A stretch of DNA of 38,132 nucleotides from a virus. Taxonomy: Duplodnaviria; Caudoviricetes. The notes beneath the pieces are model-generated. The model searched no databases. It saw only the letters and a program-made list of their open reading frames with translations, and was not told the DNA's origin. Positions within the stretch are counted from its first letter, which is position 1. The number at the start of each line of letters is the position of its first letter. Made by a program: the position numbers and the translations under genes. Where the stretch lies: positions 1 through 38,132 of IMG/VR virus record IMGVR_UViG_3300014208_000082, one strand, 5' to 3'. Positions 27,300 through 35,324 of this stretch are shown one piece after another.

Positions 27300-27926
27300 A
27301 TGAAACCAATAAAAGATCCGAATATAATAACACAGGGATATAACAATTTTGATTTAAGGTATTTGTTAACTCCTGGCTGGTGGGGACTCCACAAAGGAAT
27401 TGACTTTGGTACTTATAGGAAGAATGTAAACTGCCAGGCTATATTTGATGGGAAGATTACATTCTCAGGTTTAGACGGCGGGTGGGGTATTAAAATTCAG
27501 CTCTATAATGAAAAATTAAAGATATATGCCACTTATGCTCACTTAGACCATATACTAGCACGAGAGGGGCAGTTTTGTGCGTCTGGTGATGATATAGGGG
27601 TGGTTGGTAATACAGGAAACAGCACAGGAATACATTTACATTTGGGAGCATCAACTAAACCTCGTTCGGGATGGATAGACCCAACTCCATATTTAATAGA
27701 ATTAACCCCAACTCAAATGGCAATACAACAAGTAGTCAAAGCACAGCAAAATGCTTTGAAAGCCGTACAAGACGGTAATATAGCCGGTGCTGTTGATAAT
27801 AAAACCGGCAAGGCGTATTTAATTAAAGATAGTAAGAAACGGGAACTACCGGTTGAACAGGTACTCGCCAGTCTTTATCTGCCGTATGTTTCAACTGAAA
27901 CTCTAAATGATATACCAAATAAATAG
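27300..27926 (+). CDS. M23 family metallopeptidase endolysin
   Basis: HKGID (HxxxD), YAHL, GNTGNSTGIHLH (HxH), IDP. Confidence 0.9.
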   Translation: MKPIKDPNIITQGYNNFDLRYLLTPGWWGLHKGIDFGTYRKNVNCQAIFDGKITFSGLDGGWGIKIQLYNEKLKIYATYAHLDHILAREGQFCASGDDIGVVGNTGNSTGIHLHLGASTKPRSGWIDPTPYLIELTPTQMAIQQVVKAQQNALKAVQDGNIAGAVDNKTGKAYLIKDSKKRELPVEQVLASLYLPYVSTETLNDIPNK

Positions 27927-27942
27927 AAAGGCGGGTGATTTT

Positions 27943-28143
27943 ATGTTAGATAAAATTAAAGAATTAATTGGATCAATTCGGTTCTGGATTGCTACATTGG
28001 CAATGTTATCACTTCTGGCCGGACACTACTTACCGTCATCACAATTCTTATTTGATACCATTTCTGTATGGCTAGGAGTTGTATTTGGGGCTGGTACATT
28101 GGACAGTATAGCAACAAAGGTTAGTAGTAAAAAAGCTGAATAA
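27943..28143 (+). CDS. probable holin
   Basis: Two TM segments, SIRFWIA, basic tail; GGGTGA ribosome site favours the 27943 start over 27907. Confidence 0.7.
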   Translation: MLDKIKELIGSIRFWIATLAMLSLLAGHYLPSSQFLFDTISVWLGVVFGAGTLDSIATKVSSKKAE

Positions 28144-28152
28144 TAAAGGCTA

Positions 28153-28181
28153 TTGACAAATAAAATTGGATGAGGTAATAT
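28153..28181 (+). promoter_or_regulatory. strong sigma70-type early promoter
   Basis: TTGACA-17 bp-TAATAT at the lysis/early boundary. Confidence 0.75.
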
Positions 28182-28187
28182 GGTTGT

Positions 28188-28430
28188 AGTTTCATCCGCC
28201 AATTTTTATGCGCAATTTAGAAAGCCGGTCAGGATGAAACTTAGACCGGTTTTCGTTTACAAAACATACTGCGAGTTGGGTAGGCTAACCCTGTAGCCCC
28301 TCGTGGATGCCGATTGAATACAGGGAAGAAAGCGACCTTTTATGCCCGATATGGTCGCAAGCCATATTGGGGGTAGAAAAAACGTAATAATGATTATTCT
28401 ATGTAGGGTGTAAATCCTTACCCTACAGCT
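28188..28430 (+). ncRNA. candidate structured ncRNA or 5' leader
   Basis: Four consecutive helical domains directly after the promoter, no convincing + strand ORF. Confidence 0.55.
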
Positions 28431-28463
28431 TATAGAGGATATTAAATAATTCAACGAACAATA

Positions 28464-28763
28464 ATGGAAGAAATTAAACAAAAAATACTAGTAGCACTCA
28501 TCGGCGAAGATCCGGAGGATTGGGAGCATTATGATTACGATTGTGTTGTGTGGTTCTATAGCCAGCTTGAAGAAAGGCTAGGGATACTCAAAAAAGAAAT
28601 ACAGCCCAAGATGATAGAGCTTCGCAACGAGGGGCTGGTAGAACTTATTCGGGGTTTAATTAGTGAAGATGAAAGCGGATACTACGGAAGCGGTTGGGTT
28701 CTTACGCCAAAGGGGTTAATTGAAGCAAAAAAATATGTCGCGAATAATAAACAGGGAGAGTGA
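28464..28763 (+). CDS. winged-helix-like protein
   Basis: ELRNEGLVEL...GWVLTPKG wing pattern. Confidence 0.6.
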   Translation: MEEIKQKILVALIGEDPEDWEHYDYDCVVWFYSQLEERLGILKKEIQPKMIELRNEGLVELIRGLISEDESGYYGSGWVLTPKGLIEAKKYVANNKQGE

Positions 28764-28864
28764 TGAAGCATGTGATCCTATCCTTATTATCGATTTTTGT
28801 CGGGCTATTATTAGGGGCAATTGTAGGAATTTACCTGATTGCTTTATACATTAAATATCACTAG
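28763..28864 (+). CDS. 33 aa hydrophobic peptide
   Basis: MKHVILSLLSIFVGLLLGAIVGIYLIALYIKYH; TGATG coupling with GGGAG ribosome site. Confidence 0.6.
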   Translation: MKHVILSLLSIFVGLLLGAIVGIYLIALYIKYH

Positions 28865-28865
28865 G

Positions 28866-28976
28866 ATGAAAAAAAACAAATCATCAATATTCATGACCTG
28901 TACGTGCGTAGTAATATATTCTATAGGAATTGCGTTTGCAATATTTTTAATAAGTGATTATCTAAAAAACAAGTAA
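28866..28976 (+). CDS. 36 aa single-TM peptide
   Basis: MKKNKSSIFMTCTCVVIYSIGIAFAIFLISDYLKNK. Confidence 0.5.
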   Translation: MKKNKSSIFMTCTCVVIYSIGIAFAIFLISDYLKNK

Positions 28977-28986
28977 GAAAGGAAAA

Positions 28987-29508
28987 ATGAAAAACAAAAA
29001 TCAATCCATAATCAGTCTTTGCACAATCATAATAGGTGTTGGTGTATTCGTGCTTATTTACTCAATTCAATGGCAAAACGTACAAAATGAGCTTGAAGCA
29101 CAAAACGCCTTAAATCGCTCGCATAAAATAACAAATCGCTTGGATAGTACAGTGGACTGGGACCCGTGTTGGCTTAATAATGTCTTGTGTCCGGATGAAG
29201 AGATAGAACCGCGTTACCGTACAGTCTCGGCCTATAACCCGGTACCAGAACAAACAAGTGGAGATCCATGTATTGCCGCGAGCGGGGTGGACATTTGCGC
29301 CGGTATGGATGAAGGTCGAAAGTTTGTTGCCACTAACGAGCTTCCATTCGGATCACAAGTACTGATCGCTGGTGAGGAATACGAAGTGGTGGACCGAACG
29401 GGATCACAATATACCTATCGATATGATATTGCTTTCCCGGCTGACCAGATACAAGAAGCATTAGCGTGGGGCACACCAACATTGGATGTACAAATAATTA
29501 ACCAGTAA
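28987..29508 (+). CDS. membrane-anchored 3D-domain (MltA-like) protein
   Basis: N-terminal TM; TVSAYN..QT..DPCIAASG, VATNELPFGS, VVDR, YDI. Confidence 0.8.
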   Translation: MKNKNQSIISLCTIIIGVGVFVLIYSIQWQNVQNELEAQNALNRSHKITNRLDSTVDWDPCWLNNVLCPDEEIEPRYRTVSAYNPVPEQTSGDPCIAASGVDICAGMDEGRKFVATNELPFGSQVLIAGEEYEVVDRTGSQYTYRYDIAFPADQIQEALAWGTPTLDVQIINQ

Positions 29509-29528
29509 ATAAAATTAACGACAAGGAA

Positions 29529-29726
29529 ATGTTAGAAAAATCACTTGGTCTAGTAGAAAGATATTGTATATATTGTAAATATGGGGAAATTGAAATTAGA
29601 AAAGAAAATAAACAATTTGGTTACAGACTTCCTTGCAAATCAAGGGATACAAAAGAAGGTTTTCATAGGTTTGGTATAAGATGCAAAAAATGTAAACAAA
29701 GTTGGCGTAGATGTACTTGTAAATAA
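29529..29726 (+). CDS. small Cys-rich protein
   Basis: CIYC, CKKC, CTC. Confidence 0.55.
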   Translation: MLEKSLGLVERYCIYCKYGEIEIRKENKQFGYRLPCKSRDTKEGFHRFGIRCKKCKQSWRRCTCK

Positions 29727-29767
29727 TTAACCAATAAGTAATAGGAAGAAATAACCAATGCGAGCCC

Positions 29768-29796
29768 TTGCATAAAATAAATAATTAAATTACAAT
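29768..29796 (+). promoter_or_regulatory. sigma70-type promoter, probably yielding a leaderless mRNA
   Basis: TTGCAT-17 bp-TACAAT; ATG begins 6 nt after the -10 element. Confidence 0.6.
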
Positions 29797-29801
29797 TCAT
29801 T

Positions 29802-29945
29802 ATGAAGCAAAGAAAGACAATAGCAGAAGCCGGCCAGCTAGGCGGTAAACAGACTCTAAAGCGCTATGGTAAAAAGCATTTTAAAGATCTTGCAATGAAG
29901 CGCTGGAAAAATAACAATAAAGCAACAAAAAGAAATGCAAATTAA
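29802..29945 (+). CDS. small basic KGG-motif-like protein (47 aa)
   Basis: MKQRKTIAEAGQLGGKQTLKRYGKKHFKDLAMKRWK... Confidence 0.6.
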   Translation: MKQRKTIAEAGQLGGKQTLKRYGKKHFKDLAMKRWKNNNKATKRNAN

Positions 29946-30171
29946 CACAATAGGAAAATCCAGCACTGTCAAAAAGATCAAGGTCGGTGATGCGCTGATA
30001 GGTGGAAAAGTTGTGGATATATATCTTGCACAACCTTCCGGCTCCCCTATCATCAATACAGATGACAGGTGGTACATTGTGGATATGGAGTCTATCGTAC
30101 AGGAGGTTATAGATTTTGACCAAAAAGGAAGAAAGAAAAAAGTATCTAAAAAGAGAAAAACTAAAAAATAA
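29935..30171 (+). CDS. hypothetical protein
   Basis: 78 aa with basic tail. Confidence 0.6.
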   Translation: MQINTIGKSSTVKKIKVGDALIGGKVVDIYLAQPSGSPIINTDDRWYIVDMESIVQEVIDFDQKGRKKKVSKKRKTKK

Positions 30172-30190
30172 TTAACGAAAGGAATATATA

Positions 30191-31288
30191 ATGACGCTAA
30201 AAATCGCAATGAGCGACAGCTCACAAATCCAGCCGTCCGTAGTCATGTTAGTTTACGGCCCGGGTGGTGTAGGTAAAACTACATTTTCATCGACAGCACC
30301 GAAGCCAATAATCGCGGACTGCGAGAACGGTGCTAAGTATTTTGGTTTGCGTGGAATTAAAAACGTTCCAATCGCCGCAATCAGGTCATGGATGGATTTC
30401 TTCGAATTAGGCCAGCTCGTAAAGGATAACCCGGAATATGAGACAATCGTGATTGATCCTATCGGTGAGCTGATGGAAAAGTTGATCACCCACATGAAAA
30501 ACAAAAAAGATTCTAAACTGGTACAAGTTGACGGATCTCCCACGATGGCCGGATGGGGTTGGCTCAAATCTACTCTGCGGGATGCGCTGAAGGTGCTACG
30601 CGATACCGGAAAACACATTATTATTATTGCTCACGTACAAGAAAAGGACGACGAGGGTAAAATCGTTAAGCGCCCAATGGTTGCTACAAAACTATCAGAA
30701 GAACTGGTTAACATGGTCGATATTGTTGGATTCATGACTGTTTTGCGTGACGGAGAGGATTTAAAACGTGTGATTATGGTTGAACCGGATAACGAAAAAT
30801 ACGTGGCCAAAGATAGAACCGGTCAATTAGGTCGTATTATTCCGCCTGACTTCATGAAAATAATTGAAGCTGCTCGCGGTACTGGTGATTATGAATGGAT
30901 GAAAGAAACTGCCACACGCAAAACGGCAGATAACAGTGGTGACATTGTAGTTGAGGGAAAAATTACTGGTAAAATTATAAAGGAAAAGGTTGCCGATAAC
31001 GATAAGGAAACAAAAGAGACCGAAGAAGACGAATCGAAAAATGAAATACCAAAATCAGATATTAAAAAGATTTGGGCGACACCAGATGTGGAACGAATTA
31101 ACGACAAGACACGGGGAAGATTGTTAATGCATGATGAGGAAGATATTATAGAAATCGCAAGAGTGTTGGGAGTAACCGAGGAAATGTATAATGACGGCTA
31201 CCCTGACACCCACACTAAAGCGGCCAAATTGTACGGCGCTGTCATGCAGATTCTTGGCAGTCAAAAGCAAAAGAAAGGAGAAGAATAA
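30191..31288 (+). CDS. AAA_24 / Sak4-like ATPase (recombination)
   Basis: LVYGPGGVGKTT, DCENG, TIVIDP, IIIAH, VDIVG, AKDRTG. Confidence 0.85.
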   Translation: MTLKIAMSDSSQIQPSVVMLVYGPGGVGKTTFSSTAPKPIIADCENGAKYFGLRGIKNVPIAAIRSWMDFFELGQLVKDNPEYETIVIDPIGELMEKLITHMKNKKDSKLVQVDGSPTMAGWGWLKSTLRDALKVLRDTGKHIIIIAHVQEKDDEGKIVKRPMVATKLSEELVNMVDIVGFMTVLRDGEDLKRVIMVEPDNEKYVAKDRTGQLGRIIPPDFMKIIEAARGTGDYEWMKETATRKTADNSGDIVVEGKITGKIIKEKVADNDKETKETEEDESKNEIPKSDIKKIWATPDVERINDKTRGRLLMHDEEDIIEIARVLGVTEEMYNDGYPDTHTKAAKLYGAVMQILGSQKQKKGEE

Positions 31289-31289
31289 A

Positions 31290-32120
31290 ATGGCAAAAGC
31301 TGATGTTCAAAAAATTGTACAGGAATTATATGATGGTCAAGTAATAGCTACTCATTACCCGCTTGCACATCGATATATCATTGTTGATCAAGGAGAGAAA
31401 GTAAAAGGATTTTCTGTCACAGCAGTCACTGGTCAGCTCGATAAATCACAGGCGCTTATTATTTGGGCAACGCGACTTGATTTCGCGTGGTTACGACAAA
31501 AGTTAGAAGCACGGACCGGTGAAAGATTTTCGGTTGAAGAATTATATCCGCTAATAGATGAGGCAGAAAAACAGCACTCTATAGCCAAAGAAAAAGCAGC
31601 ATCGATTGGTGACATGGCACACGACTGGGCCGAGAGATTTTCAATCGCTAAAAAGTTAAAAACTAAAACGCCGGACATGCCGGATATTGAAAAATATCCA
31701 GAAGCGCACCATGCTATTACGTCATTTCTGGAATGGTATAACGATCACGATGTCGTTTTCCACGACGCGGAGCGCCTATTATTCTCACGTAAATATCACT
31801 ATTACGGATTAACGGACACAATTGCCACGGTTGATGGGAAGCTATATGTCATCGACTATAAGACCGCAAATGCGTTTTATGATGAGCATAGGTATCAAAT
31901 ATCCGGCTATCGTGGAGCATACGAGGAAGAGATAAAAGCTAAGGTCGACGGTTCGATGGTATTACGCTTTTCCAAAGAACCAAAAGAAGGCGTGCCGGAT
32001 TTTGAGGCAACATTCATTGATAACGAATCACACGTAAAAGACTTTGAAGTATTTTTGCACCTCTTGGCGGTCAAACAAAGACAGGCAGAGGTTAGCGTGT
32101 CAAGGAAATATTACAAATGA
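31290..32120 (+). CDS. PD-(D/E)XK exonuclease (Cas4/RecB-like)
   Basis: IGDMAH, AERLL, YGLTD, VIDYKT, YQISGY; start 31290 follows AAGGAG. Confidence 0.85.
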   Translation: MAKADVQKIVQELYDGQVIATHYPLAHRYIIVDQGEKVKGFSVTAVTGQLDKSQALIIWATRLDFAWLRQKLEARTGERFSVEELYPLIDEAEKQHSIAKEKAASIGDMAHDWAERFSIAKKLKTKTPDMPDIEKYPEAHHAITSFLEWYNDHDVVFHDAERLLFSRKYHYYGLTDTIATVDGKLYVIDYKTANAFYDEHRYQISGYRGAYEEEIKAKVDGSMVLRFSKEPKEGVPDFEATFIDNESHVKDFEVFLHLLAVKQRQAEVSVSRKYYK

Positions 32121-32356
32121 GCTTAAATATTTCCGATTTTAAAGCGCCAAGAATCACGGTCGAAATAAATGTCCGCCTTGATTGGGATAGTGACAAGCGT
32201 GATAAAAAAGATATTCCCATTGATGAGGATATTTGGCGCGAGGATATGTGCAGGAGAGTTAATATTGTGTCCGGTACAATGCAAGGCGAATTAGTCTCAA
32301 TCATAGGCGATATGTTAAGAATCGATTATAAAAACAGCAAAGATGCAAAAAAATAA
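32117..32356 (+). CDS. hypothetical protein
   Basis: 79 aa, ATGA-coupled. Confidence 0.6.
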   Translation: MSLNISDFKAPRITVEINVRLDWDSDKRDKKDIPIDEDIWREDMCRRVNIVSGTMQGELVSIIGDMLRIDYKNSKDAKK

Positions 32357-32942
32357 TCCAAAAGGAATACCAGATCACATTCGCATGCTCGTCCGCGCAC
32401 AGGTGGACCATGAAGGCAGGTGTTTGGGTTGTGGCCAGCACGTGACAATCTACACATACACGCTAGATGATTCTGACGTCTCGGCCCTACTTAAAATGTG
32501 GCAATACGTTATTGAACACAAAGAAAACAAAATCGATATGCGCGAGGTGAATCTTAATTACACTGAACGATCACGCACAACACAACTTCGATTTCACAAC
32601 CTCATTACAAAGTATAAAACTGATGACGGCCAGCACGAGAAGTCAACATGGTTAATTACTAAACGCGGTGGTGAATTTTTAAGAGGTGAAGAAGCAATAC
32701 CAAAGACTACCTACACGTACGATAATCATGTGCTTGGTCATGGACCAGAGTTAATATCTCGCAGAGATTTCAGAATCCTTGATGACTTTTCCGCACATTA
32801 TCAACAGTACAAAATTGAAGACGGAAAAGTAATTGAGGCTTATAAAACCATACGTCCGTTAATATCAGCCTGTTGCCGGGAAAAGATTGTGGATAAAAAG
32901 TGTACAAAATGCGGTCGAGTAGCATTTGGAATTAGTGTATAA
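32343..32942 (+). CDS. hypothetical protein with Zn ribbons and a wHTH-like core
   Basis: CLGC, WLITKRGGEFLRG, CC...CTKC. Confidence 0.65.
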   Translation: MQKNNPKGIPDHIRMLVRAQVDHEGRCLGCGQHVTIYTYTLDDSDVSALLKMWQYVIEHKENKIDMREVNLNYTERSRTTQLRFHNLITKYKTDDGQHEKSTWLITKRGGEFLRGEEAIPKTTYTYDNHVLGHGPELISRRDFRILDDFSAHYQQYKIEDGKVIEAYKTIRPLISACCREKIVDKKCTKCGRVAFGISV

Positions 32943-32965
32943 TAGTGTCATCAGTAACGATGACA
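32938..32965 (+). promoter_or_regulatory. -10 element followed by a palindromic operator matching the origin iteron
   Basis: TATAAT 32938-32943, then TGTCATC-AGTAAC-GATGACA 32946-32965; DnaA box TGTGGATAA at 32888-32896. Confidence 0.7.
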
Positions 32966-32982
32966 TGAAAGGGGATGAGAAT

Positions 32983-33255
32983 ATGCCAACAAAAAAGAAA
33001 GAGAGCAAAGATTTAAAATCTCCAGTTTTGGATGCGGTCAATAAGACATTAAAAAAGTATGACAATAAAAATAATCATTACTTTATGCTGTTATCGGAAG
33101 TGAAAGGAGATAAATCAAAAACAACGGTTGATCTTCACTATGTCAGGCGTATCGACATAATAAAGGCAATGAGTAAAGTTATTAAAAGTCTTAAACTAGA
33201 CCCAATAGAAAAAATCCTTGTTGTAGAGCATTTGCTATCTACAAACAAAAAATGA
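32983..33255 (+). CDS. hypothetical protein
   Basis: Start at ATG 32983 preferred (purine-rich leader) over the track's 32926. Confidence 0.6.
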   Translation: MPTKKKESKDLKSPVLDAVNKTLKKYDNKNNHYFMLLSEVKGDKSKTTVDLHYVRRIDIIKAMSKVIKSLKLDPIEKILVVEHLLSTNKK

Positions 33256-33270
33256 AAGGAGGTGATTTTA

Positions 33271-33450
33271 GTGCCAGAAATACAAAATGAACAGGAAGCT
33301 CCAGCAGAACCAATAGTGGAAGAAGAAAATATTCCAGTAGGAGCTGAAGAAGCAAGCGAACCAGAAGATACCATCGCAGAAGATGCTCCGCGAGAAGACG
33401 GTTCAACAATGCCAAAGCCGAATGACGGCGATGCAAACAGCGCGGTCTAG
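33271..33450 (+). CDS. small highly acidic protein (59 aa, GTG start)
   Basis: AAAGGAGGTGA ribosome site; E/D/P/A-rich sequence. Confidence 0.6.
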   Translation: MPEIQNEQEAPAEPIVEEENIPVGAEEASEPEDTIAEDAPREDGSTMPKPNDGDANSAV

Positions 33451-33458
33451 TACATTTC

Positions 33459-33490
33459 TTCGGGTCTATTTCAAAGAAAATAGGCTCGAA
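33459..33490 (+). other. 13-bp RNA hairpin
   Basis: TTCGGGTCTATTT / AAATAGGCTCGAA with 2 G-U. Confidence 0.55.
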
Positions 33491-33522
33491 ATAAGCGTAC
33501 TAACAATTAACGTAAGGCAATC

Positions 33523-34143
33523 ATGCCAGAAAACAAATCGCCAAAAAATCAAACGGAACAAAAAGAGTTTAAATTGCATCTCAAATTGGTAATGCCTCAT
33601 AAGAATATTAGTCGCCCGGTAAAAAAAGAAGACCAAGAAAAAGTCCTGGCCGAAGCGCGGGAAATGATGATAGCAATGAGAAGAATTGAAATGAACACAA
33701 AGACTGAGATATTTGCGGCCGCTCATTCGCAGTTTCGCAGTAGTGACCCAATGAGATTCTTTGTGCTCAATCCTTATAACCAATTCGCTCAAAGTGCACT
33801 GAAATCTCAAGGGCATAATCACACAATAATCGTCAATCCGGTTATAAAAAATCATACTAAAGTACCGGTCGATAGCTCTGAGGGTTGTGTCACATTTTTG
33901 AATCAGAAAAACACCACAATGCAGAGATTTCATAAAATCACTGTCGATTATGATACATTCGAAGTGGACCGTGACGACAAAGGAAAAAGAATTGGGACAA
34001 AATATGTGAGTATAAAGAGTGAAAATGTTTCATCATTACTGGCCCGTATTTTTCAGCACGAGATTGATCACATGGACGCAAAGTATATTTTTAATTTTAC
34101 AAAAGGAGGGCAAAAACATGCCAAGGATAAGGGAAATAATTGA
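33523..34143 (+). CDS. def: peptide deformylase
   Basis: AAAHSQ (motif 1 variant), IVNPVI, EGCVT (EGCLS-like), ARIFQHEIDH (HExxH). Confidence 0.9.
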   Translation: MPENKSPKNQTEQKEFKLHLKLVMPHKNISRPVKKEDQEKVLAEAREMMIAMRRIEMNTKTEIFAAAHSQFRSSDPMRFFVLNPYNQFAQSALKSQGHNHTIIVNPVIKNHTKVPVDSSEGCVTFLNQKNTTMQRFHKITVDYDTFEVDRDDKGKRIGTKYVSIKSENVSSLLARIFQHEIDHMDAKYIFNFTKGGQKHAKDKGNN

Positions 34144-34324
34144 TCAGGAAACCCGTCAAAAGCTGACTGCTGCATTTGGCGTCAGTATGAGACCAAAAAT
34201 CCATGCTAAAAAAAATAAAAGAAACAGATTTATATACACCGATCCACAACGAGGTTTTGGAAGCTTTAGCACGAATAAATCTGTCCCCATACGAAACGCG
34301 GGTATTGATGGCGACGTGGCGTAA
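34118..34324 (+). CDS. possible small basic protein overlapping the initiator gene
   Basis: Strong AAGGAGG ribosome site before ATG 34118, but 122 nt overlap with 34203-34637. Confidence 0.35.
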   Translation: MPRIREIIDQETRQKLTAAFGVSMRPKIHAKKNKRNRFIYTDPQRGFGSFSTNKSVPIRNAGIDGDVA

Positions 34325-34637
34325 GACGTACGGATTTCGTGATACCAAAACAGGATTACGTAAGAAGTATGACCGCATATCATTATCTCAGTTTAACGAA
34401 ATGACAGGGTTGGACCGCAGGTTGGCGTCAAGGGCTCTACAAGGATTGAAGAAGAAGGGGGTGATTGTGCGTAATGGTTATGAGCAGACAGGATTTTCAA
34501 AAGCATTTATGAAAAAACTAGGGCCAATGGTGGGAGTGCCGAGAATCAGTCAGCCGGTTGGTGACTTAAAAAGAATCAGCACTGGCATAGAAACGGCCGG
34601 GCAAATTATTAAAAGGAGACAAAAAAAATATGCTTGA
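34203..34637 (+). CDS. lambda O-like replication initiator, N-terminal wHTH domain only
   Basis: YTPIHNEVLEAL...LSPYETRVLMATWRKTYGF...KYDRISLSQFNEMTGL. Confidence 0.85.
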   Translation: MLKKIKETDLYTPIHNEVLEALARINLSPYETRVLMATWRKTYGFRDTKTGLRKKYDRISLSQFNEMTGLDRRLASRALQGLKKKGVIVRNGYEQTGFSKAFMKKLGPMVGVPRISQPVGDLKRISTGIETAGQIIKRRQKKYA

Positions 34638-34857
34638 ATATGATGAATCAATGATGTCCTATAATTATTACTGTGACGGTGCGAGCTGTGATGCTGAAGA
34701 ACACGTTGATGATTTGAGGAATAACTGTGATCTTAAAATGGCATCGGAAGAAATAAAATCGAAAGGCTGGCGGATTGTATATGATGAAGACTTGAAGCAA
34801 TTCTATCACTATTGCCCGGAGTGCAAACAAAAAATTGACGCAAATAATATTAACTAA
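34630..34857 (+). CDS. small Zn-finger protein
   Basis: YCDGASC...KGW...HYCPEC. Confidence 0.7.
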   Translation: MLEYDESMMSYNYYCDGASCDAEEHVDDLRNNCDLKMASEEIKSKGWRIVYDEDLKQFYHYCPECKQKIDANNIN

Positions 34858-34865
34858 CTGAAAAA

Positions 34866-35303
34866 ATGAAAATTATATATTTAAAAAGAGATAAATCAAC
34901 AAACATGAACTCAGAAAGTATGACAAGATATGGTGATATTCGCATTATCGATGCGATGAAAAAATATGGTGGCAGTTTTGTAAAATGTCTAGCCGAGGCC
35001 ATGATGCATGCGGATCCTATCAATCTCAAAAAATTAAAAATTTCCTTTGCTGATTATTGGAAGCAATACGAGATGATAGTGGAAAGAGAAGAAGATAAAA
35101 ATCCGGAAAGGAAAGCAGTGAAAAACAGTAATAATTGTTTAGTTTTTGGTCATATTTGGGACTGGACAAATCCAAAAAATGACACTCAGGACCCACTTCA
35201 TTCGTGGCTTCAATGTATGAGATGTAATGAAGTCATTGATTATACTAAAGCCTTTAGAATTGCTTCGGAAGTAGGAAAGGTTTTTGAAAAAAATAACAAA
35301 TAA
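34866..35303 (+). CDS. hypothetical protein
   Basis: MKKYGGSFVKCLAEAMMHADPINL motif plus CLVFGH..CMRC tail. Confidence 0.7.
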   Translation: MKIIYLKRDKSTNMNSESMTRYGDIRIIDAMKKYGGSFVKCLAEAMMHADPINLKKLKISFADYWKQYEMIVEREEDKNPERKAVKNSNNCLVFGHIWDWTNPKNDTQDPLHSWLQCMRCNEVIDYTKAFRIASEVGKVFEKNNK

Positions 35304-35324
35304 CAATAAGAAAGGAATAAATCA

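Noticed and set aside
28402-28430. tRNA or tmRNA (GGTGTAAATCC resembles a T-arm)
   Set aside because: I could not build a cloverleaf, acceptor stem or CCA end; kept only as part of the ncRNA candidate
31290-32120. Cas4 / CRISPR system
   Set aside because: No Fe-S cysteine cluster and adjacent to a Sak4-like ATPase; a typical phage recombination exonuclease
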